From Chiloscyllium plagiosum (taxonomy: Eukaryota): a stretch of DNA of 64,000 nt. The DNA lies in the NCBI RefSeq assembly GCF_004010195.1, contig NC_057719.1, positions 59,224,164 to 59,288,163 of the forward strand. Direction: 5' to 3'. The notes beneath the pieces were generated by a model. That model searched no databases, was not told the origin of the DNA, and was given only the letters and a program-made list of their open reading frames with translations. A program made the position numbers and the translations under genes. Shown piece after piece: positions 1 to 11,989 of the stretch (the first letter of the stretch is position 1; each line of letters begins with the position of its first letter).

Positions 1-2758
1 ATGGCACTGTTTGTGAATGAGGGGTCAGTGCAAATGGCACTGTTTGTGGATGAGGGGTCAGCACAGATGGCACTGTTTGTGGATGGGGGGTCAGTGCAGA
101 TGGCACTGATCACAGATGAGGCATCGGTGCACATGGCACTGTTTGTGGATGAGGAGTCAGTGCAGATGGCACTGTTTGTGAGTGAGGAGTCAGTGCAGAT
201 GGTACTGTTCGTGGATGAGTCGTCAGTGCAAATGGCACTGTTTGTGGATGAGGAGTCAGTGCAAATGGCACTGTTTGTGGATGAGGGGTCTGTGCAGATG
301 GCACTGATCACAGATGAGGCATCGGTGCACATGGCACTGTTTGTGGATGAGAGGTCAGTGCAGATGGCACTGTTTGTGGATGAGGGGTCAGTGCAGATGG
401 CACTGTTTGTGGATAAGGGGTCAGTGCCGATGGCATTGTTTGTGGATGAGGGGTCAGTGCACATGGCAGTGTTTGTGGATGAGGGGTTAGTGCAGATGGC
501 ACTGTTTGTGGATGAGGAGTCAGTGCAGATGGCACTGTTTGTGAATGAGGGGTCAGTGCAGATGGCACTGTTTGTGGATGAGGGGTCAGTGCAGATGGTA
601 CTGTTTGTGGATGAGGAGTCAGTGCAGTTGGCACTGTTTGTGGATGAGGAGATATTGCAAATGGTAATGTTTGTGGATGAGGAGTCAATGCAGTTGGTAC
701 TGTTTGTGGATGAGGAGATATTGCAAATGGTACTGTTTGTGGATGAGGAGTCAATGCAGTTGGCACTGTTTGTGGATGAGGAGTCAGTGCAGATGGTACT
801 GTTTGTGGATGAGGAGTCAGTGCAGATGGTACTGTTTGTGGATGAGGAGATAGTGCAAATGGCACTGTTTGTGGATAAGGGGTCAGTGCAGATTGCATTG
901 TTTGTGGATGAGGGATCAGTGCACATGGCACTGTTTGTGGATGAGGGGTCAGTGCAGATGGCATTGTTTGTGGATGAGGGGTCAGTGCACATGGCACTGT
1001 TTGTGTATGAGGGGTTAGTGCAGATGGCATTGTTTGTGGATGAGGGTTTAGGGCAGACGGTACTGTTTGTGGATGAGGAGTCAGTGCAGTTGGCACTGTT
1101 TGTGGATGAGGGGTCAGTGCAGATGGCATTGTTTGTGGATGAGGGGTCAGTGCACATGGCACTGTTTGTGGATGAGGGGTTAGTGCAGATGGCACTGTTT
1201 GTGGATGAGGAGTCAGTGCAAATGGCACTGTTTGTGGATGAGGAGTCAGTGCAGATGGTACTGTTTGTGGATGAGGGGTCAGTGCACATGGCACTGTTTG
1301 TGGATGAGGGGTCAGTACACATGGCACTGTTTGTGGATGAGGGGTCAGTGCAGATGGCATTGTTTCTGGATGAGGGTTTAGGGCAGACGGTACTGTTTGT
1401 GGATGAGGAGTCAGTGCAGTTGGCACTGTTTGTGGATGAGGGGTCAGTGCAGATGGTATTGTTTGTGGATGAGGAGTCAGTGCAAATGGCACTGTTCGTG
1501 GATGAGGGGTCAGTGCAAATGGCACTGTTCGTGGATGAGGAGTCAGTGCAGATGGCACTGTTTGTGGATGAGAAGTCAGTGCAAATGGCACTGTTCGTGG
1601 ATGAGGGGTCAGTGCAGATGGCACTGTTCGTGGATGAGGGGTCAGTGCAGATGGCATTGTTCGTGGATGAGGGGTCAGTGCAGATGGCACTGTTCGTGGA
1701 TGAGGGGTCAGTGCAAATGGCACTGTTCGTGGTTGAGGAGTCAGTGCAGATGGCACTGTTTGTGGATGAGGGGTCAGTGCAGATGATACTGTTTGTGGAT
1801 GAGGGGTCAGTGCAGATGGCACTGTTCGTGGATGAGTGGTCAGTGCATTGGCATTGTTTGTGGATGCTGTCTCAGTGCAGATGGCATTGTTCATGGATGA
1901 GGGGTTAGTGCAGATGACTCTGTTCATGGTTGAAGGGTCAGTGCAAATGGCACTGTTTGTGGATGAGCGGTCACTGCAGATGACTCTGTTCATGGTTGAA
2001 GGGTCAGTGCAGATGGCACTGTTTGTGGTGGAGGGGTGTGTGCAGTTAGTACTGTTCATGGATGAGGTGCCAGTGCAAATGGCCACTGTGTGTGGATGAC
2101 GGTTCAGTTCAGTTGGCATTGTTTGTGGATTCAGGCTCAGTATAGATGGCACTGCTCATGGATGAGGAGTCAGGGAGATGGCACTGTTTGTGAATGAGAA
2201 GTCAGTGCAGATGGCACTGGTTGTGGATGCAGGCTCTGTGTAGATGGCACTGTTCATGGATGAGGGGTCAGTGCAAATGGCACTGTTTGTGGATGAGGGG
2301 GTCAGTGCAGATGGCACTGTTTGTGGATGAGGGAGTCAGTGCAGATGGTACTGTTTGTGGTTGAGGGGTCAGCGCTGTTGGCACTGTTCATGGATGAGGG
2401 GTCAGTGAAATTGGCACTGTTCATGGATAAGGGGTCAGTGCAATTGGCACTGTTCATGGATGAGGGGTCAGTGCAGTTGGCACTGTTCACGGATGAGGGG
2501 TCAGTGCAGTTGGCACTGTTCACGGATGAGGGGTCAGCGCAGTTGGCATTGTTCATGGATGAGGGGGGAGTGCAATTGGCATTGTTCATGGATGAGGGGT
2601 CAGTGCAGTTGGCACTGTTTGTGGATGAGGGGTCAGTGCAATTGGCACTGTTCACGGATGAGGGGTAAGTGCAGTTGGCACTGTTTGTGGATGCAGGCTC
2701 GTTGCAGATGGCACTGTTTCTAGATGCAGGCTTAGTGCAGATGGCACTGTTTGTCGAT
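1..2758. repeat. 33-bp minisatellite array (consensus ATGGCACTGTTTGTGGATGAGGGGTCAGTGCAG), about 80 units, truncated by window start
   Basis: Directly visible head-to-tail 33-nt units. The long ORFs 1..1908(+) and 308..2152(-) are 11-aa periodic translations of the unit. Confidence 0.97.
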
Positions 2759-3429
2759 AATTCCCCGAGCTGCAGTTTGACCATCAACATCATGGAGGTT
2801 GTTCAGAGCAAGTAGTGATCTGAACACCCCACCCCTTCCCCAAATCCGGTACGTACTCTGGGTTTCCATGGCAAGTTATCTTATCATTGACCCCGATTAT
2901 CAAGTTTGGTCAGACAGACAGCTATCAACAAGGTATTTAACAATCAATAATCTTCCTTAATTAGGACGCTCACCACTGCCTAGGGAGAAACTCACCTCAG
3001 TCCTCATGAAAAACGTACAAAATGGAGCAAGTCGTTTCTAATGTTGAGATGGGCCTCGCTGTAATTTCCCATCTGATTCCATAACACATCCTGCTGTAGT
3101 CCACATCACTAAGACCCCTACATGATCTTTCACTGAAGGTTTTGAAAGGGGAAATGCAGCATTAAGCTCTACCCAATGCAGTGATGTTATATAGTTTTGG
3201 TTGGTGTATATCGGCATCTACTTTGAACTCCCGATGCACACAGATATGTTATCACTGTCTCCTGATAGATATCTTATCAAAGTCTAATTAGTCAATATAA
3301 CATGTACCTGTTGCTAGTATCAATCAACTATTAAGGCAATTGCCTCTTCTCATAAAGATTCAGTAGTAGTTCACCCACTATCATTGTTATCCAAGTACGC
3401 CCTTAAACCCAATATATAAAAGGGAGTGG

Positions 3430-3880
3430 AGCGGTTTTTGTGGTTATAGTGGTTATGTCCCTACCTCTAAGCCAGGAGACCCAGGTTCAAGTCGCCCCTG
3501 TTCTCGAAGTGTGAAATAGTATTTCTTAACAGGTTGATTAGAAAATATCTAAAAAAGAACATTGAGGGGCTCTTGTGGGTCAGTGGTAGTGGCCCTCACT
3601 CTGAGCCAGAAGACCCAGATTCAAGACTCACCACCTCCAGATGTGTAGAAAGTGAGGACTGCAGATGCTGGAGATCAGAGTCGAGAGTGTGACATTGGAA
3701 AAGTACAGGAGAATCGACGTTTCGGGCAGGAGCCTGATGGAGGGCTTATCAGGACATTCCTGATGAAGGGTTTATACCCAAAACGTCGATTCTCCTCCTC
3801 CTGACCTGCTGTGCTTTTTCAGCAGGTCCAGATGTGTGCCATAACTTGATTGAACAGGCTGATTTAAAGATGTTTAAAAA
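3430..3880 (+). mobile_element. Two decayed tRNA-derived SINE copies, the second interrupted by a Penelope-derived insert
   Basis: A-box-like TAGTGG/CAGTGGTAG and B-box-like GGTTCAAGTC/GATTCAAGAC heads. Both share a tail resembling GAACAGGTTGATT. A similar copy lies at ~4845-4960. Confidence 0.55.
3648..3825. mobile_element. Short inverted pair of Penelope-like element ends with degenerate hammerhead motifs
   Basis: GCAGATGCTGGAGATCAGAGTCG...GAATCGACGTTTCGGGC is followed by its inverted copy ATTCCTGATGAAGGG...AAACGTCGATTCTCC. Same family as the termini of the Penelope arms at 32955-34850. Confidence 0.75.
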
Positions 3881-3889
3881 GGAGAATTG

Positions 3890-4840
3890 GTTGAGGCTGA
3901 TACCAGTATAATATTTAAAAGGCAACAGGATAGATATATAATTAGGGAGGGTTTAGAGGGATACTGACCAATTGCTGGCAAATGGGACTAGATTCGTTCA
4001 GATAATTGGTTGGCATGGACAAGTTGGACCAAAGGGTCTGTTTCCGTGCTGTACAACTGTATGACTCTTTGACTTAAGAGCACATATATATGACTCTATA
4101 TTCAATGAGCCATTCTGAATACTTAACTACAGTCCTTTGCACTGACCATTTATAATCTCTGCTTGATTTTAACACCATCACCTTTAGTTGTGGATGTAGA
4201 GTCATAGAGTCATAAAGTATGGAAACAGACCCTTCGGTCTAACCAGTCCATGCGACCATAATTCCAAACTAAACTTGTCCCACCTGCTGTTGGCCTATAT
4301 CCCTTCAAATAGTTCTTATTCATGTACTTACCTAAATGTCTTTTAAACATTGTAACTGTATCTGCATCCACCACTTGCACCTTTAAGTTTTTTCTCCTCT
4401 CACCTTCAAAATATCCCCTGTAGTCTTAAGTCCCCCACGATGGGAAAAAGACACCTGCCAGTCACCTGATCTATACCCGTCATTATTTTACAAACCTCTG
4501 TAAGGTCATGTCTGACAGTTAAGAAGGCATTCAGGACATTTGCCTTTATCAATCATGGATCTGTACAATACTTGGAATTAGGCCACAGTTGGAGAACTGT
4601 GTGTAGTCCTGGCCACCACACTACAGGAAGAATTTGATTGCAATGGAAGTGGTGCAGAGGACATTCACTAGGATGTGGCCTGGGAAGGAATGTTAGCTAA
4701 GAAGAGGCTGGATGAGCTTGGGATGTTCTCTTTGGAGCAGACAGGGTTGAGGAGGGCCTGACTGAAGAGCACAAGATTGATGGGCATGTGCAAAGTGGAT
4801 AGAACGCAGTCTTTTAGTTGAAGGGTCAATAACATGGGGA
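3890..4840. mobile_element. Cluster of CR1 LINE 3'-end fragments in both orientations
   Basis: CR1 3' tail motif GGACCAAAGGGTCTGTTTCCGTGCTGTA (+, ~4030-4055) and its reverse at ~4200-4250. A decayed ORF2 C-terminal segment lies at 4515-4840. Confidence 0.7.
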
Positions 4841-7252
4841 CTTAGGACCCTTGTGGTGCAGTAGTAGCAAACATAACTCTGGGCCAGGAAGCCTAGGTTT
4901 AAGTTCAACCTGCTACAGAGGTGTGAAGTAATAACTGTGAACAGACTGAATACAAAATATCTAACAAAGGATCATAATATATCTTGGGTCTATTTTTGAA
5001 TATCTAGAATATATCATGAAAGTATCTATTACGATATGTTTAAGCATAGGCTTTATTTGTAGCATCTCACCCATGAAAACAACAGGCACGTATCCCACAA
5101 TCTGTAGGTTGTTACAAACATACAAGCTCAAATAATTACGCACTCATTTTGACACTAAATCTCAGGTTGATCTTAAATCAAGGCAGAAATCAAGAAAGTT
5201 GAGGACATGACAAAAGTCAAAGCAAACAGCAAGGCACCAAGACTTTTGCAGCAAAAGGACTATGAGAAGTAAAAATGCCTAAAAAATTATTCAGTAGGAC
5301 CACTGGCCACCTCCTGCCACCTTGTGGATGGTTTTAATTTCATTCAGGTTTAGTGCCACTTGTTCCTAAAGACCAAGTATTTCTCTCTTTTTAAGAAATC
5401 CATTTATGACGTACTTTCTCACGGTTTAGAAGTTATTTTCCCCAGGAAGATGTCACTTTGCCTTGGATGATGTTGCTTATTAAGCAATCCACAGAGATAA
5501 GGGAATTCTTAATCTGTACATCTAATACCCACGTACTCCCAGACTGACAAGGCCCTTTCATGTTGGTTCCACCTATAAAATTGCCCCTGACTCACTTGGA
5601 TTCTGCCCCTGGTCCTCACCTATTAGTTTTATATGTACCGACAAAATAGCGCGTTACCCTTAGAGCCCATAGCAATTCCCTTAGTAAATTCAGGTGCTTT
5701 TAGGGTCAACAGTGCTTCTGTAATGTCACTGCCTTGTAGAGAAAATCTCTTCACTGAACTGTCATGTTAAATCCTATTCCCTGTCTGTTACATTCTTGTT
5801 GAGGAGCTATAGTTTTTCAGTCCAGACTTCGTGGCATCTGGTGTGAAGAAACATTCTGCTTGCTGACAGCCTTCCACAGTGGAATTTATAAGTAGATTAA
5901 CGTTCCTAAAGTTGTGGTCTTTCTTTCATTTGCAGTAGCTTGAACTATTTTTTGACCCCACATACTCACATAGCTTCATCCATGTTCATCTCATCGATAT
6001 TTCAGGCTTGTTTGGACCTTTTCAGTTACGATTAACAGAAAGAGCATTCTCAGATTTTGCGCTTGATGAAAGCAATCAGAAAGGTGAGGCCTATTAAATT
6101 GAGACTTGTCTACAGCTGAAATATAAAATTGTGACAAATTCAATTCAATAACCTTTCCTCCCTTGCGCATGCCTTCGGAAAGATGAGTCACTGTCTTGGA
6201 TATGAACATTTATAGATGTGAGGAGGAGATGGGAAAATATAGCTCACCATGCCCCTGTGTCATACTGCCACTTGTCACAAACATTTCTGAAGACATTCAC
6301 CAGCTCGCAGCATCCCTAATATCTCACATCTTACGAATGCCAGAAATAGTGCAGGAGTAGACTGTTCAGCGCTTTGAACCTGCTTCATTATTCAATAAGA
6401 TTTCTTCAACATCAACTCCACTTTCCCATCCTAACCCCTTAGAACCTAAGAATGCACAGCCTGGATGGTACAGAATCCCAAAGCCTACAACAACCTGTGT
6501 GAAGATATATCTTCTTATGTCAGTCCTAAACAGCCAGTCCCTTATCCTGAGAAAAGCACCAGAAATGGTGGATATACTCAGTCGAGAGAAACGAAGTTAT
6601 GGTTTTTCATCAAAACTGGGGAAAGTTAGAAACGTAAGTAATAAATAGCCCTTATGTAGGTGAAATGAGGCAGAGCAACACAATAAGGGCAAAAGGGAAG
6701 ACCTATTTGAGGGTAAAAGGCAGGAGATATTAAATGACGAAAGCATTGGTGAGGTAGAGCCAAAGCGATTAGTAAAGAAATAAGAGATGGGTCCAGCAGT
6801 GTCTAAGTGACAGAATAATGAACAGCTGCCATTGACAACAAACATGTGAAAATCAACACTAAAACTAACATGTGGAAAGAAAGGAAAACAAAATGAGGGA
6901 AGCATAGATTATAATTTAAAATTGTTAAACTCAACACTGAGTCCAGAAAGCTGTAAGGTGATGAGTTGGAAGATGAAGTTGATCCTTGAGTTTGTGTTGT
7001 GTGTCATTGGAATAATGCAGTAGGCTGAGGAAGAAACTATCAGTGGGAAAGTAAAGTGGAGAATTAAAATTACAGGCAGCCAGCAGCAATTTCTGAGCAT
7101 AGGCCCCCCTAGTTGGAAACCTTCCAGCAGAAGAACAGCTTCTCAGCATCTAGGCTATCTCAACTTCCATTGAGCATGGAAGGTTAAAGATTGAAGAAAA
7201 TCCTACAAGATAGACTGACCTTCAAATTCTCAAAATACAGGTTTCGGCTTTA

Positions 7253-8365
7253 GAACATAGAAGAACTTAGAACATTACAGCGCATTACAGGCCCTTCGGC
7301 CCTCAATGTTGCACCGACCTGTGGAACCGATCTGAAACCCCTCCAACCTACACGGTTCCATTTTCATCCATACGTTTATCCAATGACCATTTAAATGTCC
7401 TTAAAGTTGGCGAGTCTGCTACTGTTGCAGGCAGGGTATTCCCCGCCCCTACTACACTCTGAGTGAAGAAACTACCTCTGACATCTGTTCTATATCTATC
7501 ACGCCCATTTTAAAGCTATGTCCCTTTGTGCTGGCCATCACTATTCAAGGTAAAAGGCTCTCACTGTCCACCCTATCTAACCCTCTGATTACCTTATATG
7601 TCTCAGTTAAGTCACTTCTCAACCTTCTTCTCTGTAACAAAAACAGCCGCAAGTCCCTCAGCCTTTCCACATAAGACCTTCCCTCCATACCAAGCAACAT
7701 CCTAGTAAATCTCGTCTGAGTCCTTTCCAAAGCTTCTACATCCAGCACAGGGTGGTGGGGTGGCATGGTGGTTCAATGGTTAGCACTGCTGCCTCACAGC
7801 ACCAGGGTCCCAGGTTCAATTCCAGCCATGGGCAACTGTCCATGTGGAGTTTGCACGTTCTCCCCGTGTCTGCGTGGGTTTCCTCCACGTGCTCCAGTTT
7901 CCTCCCACAGTCCAAAGATGTGCAGGTCAGGTGAATTGTCCATGCTAAATTGCCCATAATGTTTGGTACATTAGTCAGAGGGAAATAGGGCTGGGTGGGT
8001 TACTCTTTAGAGGGTTGGTGTGAACTTATTGGGCCGAAGGGCCTGTTTCCACACTGTAGGGACTCTAATCCTTCTTATAATGTGGTGACCAGAACTGCAT
8101 GCAATACTCCAAGTGCGCCTGTACCAGAGTTTTGTACAGCTGCAACATGATCTCATGGCTCCGAAACTCAATCGCTCCACCAATACACCATATGCCTTTT
8201 TAACAACCCCAAACTAGGTGGCAACTTTCAGGGACCTATGCACATGGACTCCGAGATCTCTGTTCATCTACACTAGCAAGAATCTTACCATTAGCCCAAT
8301 ACTCTGTATTCCTGTTGCACCTTCCAAAGTGAATCACCTCACGTTTTTCTGCATTACTTGCCACC
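7253..8365 (-). mobile_element. CR1 LINE 3' fragment (ORF2 C-terminus and tail), interrupted by a SINE
   Basis: Translation DVEALERTQTRFTRMLLGME...RRRLRSDLTETYKVIRGLDRVD and EVIHFGRCN; (TTCTA)n-like tail at ~7253. Confidence 0.88.
7758..8068 (+). mobile_element. HE1-type tRNA-derived V-SINE
   Basis: tRNA-like head (GGTTAGCACTGCTGCCTCACAGC...GGTTCAATTCC), V-domain-like core GTGGAGTTTGCACGTTCTCCCCGTGTCTGCGTGGGTTTCCTCC, and CR1-like tail GGGCCGAAGGGCCTGTTTCCACACTGT. Confidence 0.88.
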
Positions 8366-9634
8366 TCTGAATTCATAAAGAGAAAATGATATGTTGTACA
8401 GCTCAATCGCTTTTGCCACAAAAGTGTATTCATATAAACTACGCTAAAATAACTAAAAAGAAAATTTGAGAAATCAACTTCTCAGGACTTAAAACCTGAA
8501 CTTATTGAATCCTCAGATTAGGAAATGGAGATTCAGTCTTTTTCACGTTCTGACAATCCTCACTCCCACATTTGGACATTTAGATACAGCCCAAATTGGG
8601 ACCTCTATTTCTGACCCGGTCAGCCAAAAAGTTATATAGTTACTTATTTATGAGTTTTTGGGGTCTGTCTTTCAATGGGAACCTCACCAACTGAAGAAAT
8701 TTTCCAAAGAAGGGCTCAGAAAATCTTTGTAGAAGCCATGCTGTCTTCTTACATCATTAGCTGCTGTATTCCGGTAATAAACAATTGAGATGCCACTTTG
8801 TGAAGATACAGAGATAAAGTAAGTATGTGAGGGATTGGGGGATGGGTTTTGAGGAGATAGGATGGCACAGAGAAGCTGAAGGGATAGGGTGATGGGATAG
8901 GGTGATGGATAGGTGAGGGGGAAGAGCAGTAGGTATGTAGGTGGGGGGGATAGAATGGCTGACCAATAGAATTGAATTGAACTGAATTTATTGTCACATG
9001 TACCGAGGCACAGTGAAAAGCTTTGTCTTGCGAGCAATACAGGCAGATCACAGAGTTAAGTAGCATAGATAATAAATAATAGGTAAACAGCAGCAAAAAC
9101 AAAAACAGAGATACAGGTGAATGTTAAGAGTTTCAGTATTCTAAAAACGGTAAGGTAGAAACTGTTGCAAAACCAGCTGGTGCATGTGTTCAGGCTTCTG
9201 TACCTTCTCCCCGATGGTAGAGGTTGTAGAAAAACATTGCCAGGGTGGGATGGATCTTTGAGAGTGCTGACAGCCTTTCCCTGACAGCGGGCCTGGTAGA
9301 TGGATTCTGTAGTTGGGAGGTTGGCCTTTGTGACTGTCCGGGCTGAGTTTACCACTCTCTATAACCATCTCCGATCTTGAATGGTACAGTTACCATACCA
9401 GGTAGTGATACATCCAGACAGAATGCTCTCGATGGTGCACCTATAAAAGTTGGCAAGGGTATTTACCGTCATGTCAAATTTCCTCAGCTGCCTGAGGAAG
9501 AAGAGACACTGTTGAGCCTTTACAAACATGAAGAGTCCAGGAAAGCTTGTTGTGGATGACCACTCCCAGGAGCTTGACACTCTCCACTTGTTCCACCTCT
9601 GTGCTGTTAATGTGTAGGGGGGGCATGAGTAACA

Positions 9635-9768
9635 GGGTAAAAACAATGACTGCAGATGCTGGAAACCAGATTTTGGATTAGTGGTGCTGGAAGAGCACAG
9701 CAGTTCAGGCAGCATCCGAGGAGCAGCAAAATCGACGTTTCGGGCAAAAGCCCTTCATCAGGAATAAA
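9635..9768 (-). mobile_element. 134-bp Penelope-derived insertion with 12-bp TSD
   Basis: Flanked by GCATGAGTAACA at 9623-9634 and 9769-9780 inside the Rex-Babar LINE; homologous to Penelope termini elsewhere in the window. Confidence 0.88.
9730..9765 (-). ncRNA. Minimal type I hammerhead ribozyme motif (putative)
   Basis: Minus strand reads ATTC-CTGATGA-A-GGGC-TTTT-GCCC-GAAAC-GTC-GATT: core boxes CUGANGA and GAAA, a perfect 4-bp stem II, a GUC cleavage triplet and a partial stem I. Confidence 0.7.
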
Positions 9769-10319
9769 GCATGAGTAACATCCTACCTAAAATCAATAAT
9801 GAATTCCTAGGTTTTGCTGTCATTGAGAGCCAGGTTGTTCTCAGTACACCATTTTTCCAGGTCTTCCACCTCCCGTCTATAGTCTGTTTTGTCGCCATCT
9901 GAGATTCAACCGACAATGGTGGCGTCATCAGTAAACCTGTAAATGGCATTAGTCTGGTATTGGCGATGCAGGCATGGGTATACAGTGAGTACAGTAGGGG
10001 GCTAAGTACGGACCCCTGAGGGGCTCCAGTGTTGAGTGTCCAGTGATGAAATATTGTCCCCAATCTTCACTGATTGTGGCCTGTGGGTCAGGAAACTGAG
10101 GACCCAGTTGCAGAGAGTGGGGCTTAGTCCGAGATCACTAAGTTTAGTAATCAGTCTCGAGGAGATAATAGTATTGAAGGCTGAACTGTAGTCAATCTTA
10201 TGTAGCTGTTCTTGGTGTCAAGATGTTCTAGGAAGGAGTGAAGAGCAAGTGATATGGCATCTCATGTGGATCTGTTTGTCCGATCGGCAAGTTGGAGTGG
10301 GTCAAGAGTAGTGGGAAGG

Positions 10320-11015
10320 CTGGAAAAGACCCTTGCTATTCTCCTCATGACCTTAAAAACCTCGATAAGGTCATCTCTCAACCTCCTACACTCAAGTGAA
10401 AAAGATCCCAGCCTATCTTTATAACTCAAACCTTCCATTCCTGGCAACATCCTGGTAAATATTTTCTGAACCCTCTCTAATTTAATAAAATCCTTCCTAT
10501 AGCAAGGTGACCAGAACTGTACACAGTACTCCAGAAGAGCCCTCACCAACATCCTGTACAACCACAACATGATATTCCAACTCTTATACTGAAAGGTCTG
10601 AGCAATGAAGGCAAGCGTGCTAAGTGCCTTCTTAACAATCCTATCTACATGTGGTGTAAGTTTCAAGAAATTATGTACATGAAGCCTTCGGTCTCGATGT
10701 TCCACAACACTACCCAGTACCCTACAATTAATTATACAAGTCCTGCCATTGTTTGTTTTACCAAAATGCAAATTAAATTCCACTAGCCACTCCTCAGCTC
10801 GTTGAACCTAATGACCAAGATCTCTTTGTAATCTTAGGTAACAATCGTTTCTGTCCACTATACCACCAATTTTGGCATCGTCCACAAAATTACTGCCTCC
10901 TAAATTCTCATCCAAATCATTTATATAAATGACAAACAAAAATGAACCCACTACTGACCCCTTGGAACTCTGCTGGTCATAGGTGTCCAGTTGAAAAACA
11001 ACCCTCCATTGTCTA
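10320..11015 (-). mobile_element. CR1 LINE RT/C-terminal fragment
   Basis: [14 protein letters not shown]...NFVDDAKIGG and LYRMLVRALLEYCVQFWSPCYRKD...LERVQKIFTRMLPGM. Confidence 0.9.
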
Positions 11016-11029
11016 AGCTTCATATCCCT

Positions 11030-11988
11030 ACATCCCACCTTAATGAAATTCAGGCTCGCCAGGACAATGAACTGTTTTCCACCATTTCCATTTCCACGCT
11101 CACTTTTTCAGGCAGGATTCCCACCTCTTGTTTTCAATGATCCCTTCACCCGCCTCCAGTATTCTCCCTCCACTTGGACCCCTTCTCTGGCCTCCTACCC
11201 GTCCTCAATCTCTTCCTTGAGAACTGCTGGCATGACATTGGCATCTCAATTTCTCTGCTCCTCTCACCCACTCTACCTTATTCCTTTCTGAAATTTCTGC
11301 ACTTCGCGCTCTCTGGTCCAACCCTAAGATTGTTATCAAACCTGCTAACAGAGCTATTGCCATTATAGTCTGGCGGATTGATCTTTATCTTGCAGAGGTT
11401 CAACCCTAATTCTTGGAAACTTCTTCCTCCCTCCCCCTGGACCATGACCCACATCTGAACATCAAGCCATTGTTACCAGGACTGTCCAACCTCATTACCT
11501 CCGGAGATCATTCCCCCCACTGCCTCCAATCGTAGAGTCTCCAACCTCAAGCAGTCGGCTTCTATCTCTTTCCCAAAATCCACAAACCAGACTGCCCCAG
11601 TAGGCCCATCATATCAGCCTGTTCCTGTCCCACTGAGCTTATTTCCTCCTACCTTGACACCATCCTTTCTCCATTTGTCCAGACCCTGTCCACCTACATC
11701 CACGATTCCTCTGATGGCCTCTGTCATATTGACAATTTCCAATTCCCTGACCATAACTGCCTCCTGTTCACCATAGATGTCCAATCCCTTTGTACCTCCA
11801 TTCCCCACCAGGATGGTCTGAGAGCTTTCAGCTTCTTCTTCAACCAGAGACATGAACAACCCCCATCCATCTTCACTCTCCTCTGCTTGGCTGAACTTGT
11901 TCTCTCAATGAACAATTTCTCCTTTAATCCATCTCACTTCTGCCAAGTCAAAGAAGTGGCTATGGGCACCCACATGGGTCCCAGTTTT
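11030..11988 (+). mobile_element. Penelope-like element, reverse transcriptase portion
   Basis: My translation from ~11572: PKIHKPDCPSRPIISACSCPTELISSYLD...LLFTIDVQSLCTSIPH...LAELVLSMNNFSFN...QVKEVAMGTHMGPSF, typical PLE RT motifs. Confidence 0.9.
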
Positions 11989-11989
11989 G

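Larger units (their letters stand above)
8968..10325 (-). mobile_element. Rex1/Babar-like LINE RT fragment with 3' tail
   Basis: [21 protein letters not shown] and KAQQCLFFLRQLRKF...FYRCTIESILSGCITTWYGNC; ends in AATAAA plus a (TTCAA)n-like tail; frameshifted. Confidence 0.85.

Noticed and set aside
1..2758. CRISPR-like array (33-bp partly palindromic repeats)
   Set aside because: Units are contiguous with no unique spacers, there are no cas genes, and the context is vertebrate.
7758..7830. tRNA gene-like sequence (also 47470-47546)
   Set aside because: It is the tRNA-derived head of a SINE, continuous with the SINE core and LINE-like tail.
8835..8960. G-rich purine tract with GGGATAGGGTGAT repeats (possible G-quadruplex)
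   Set aside because: Low-complexity flank of a LINE tail with no evidence of function.
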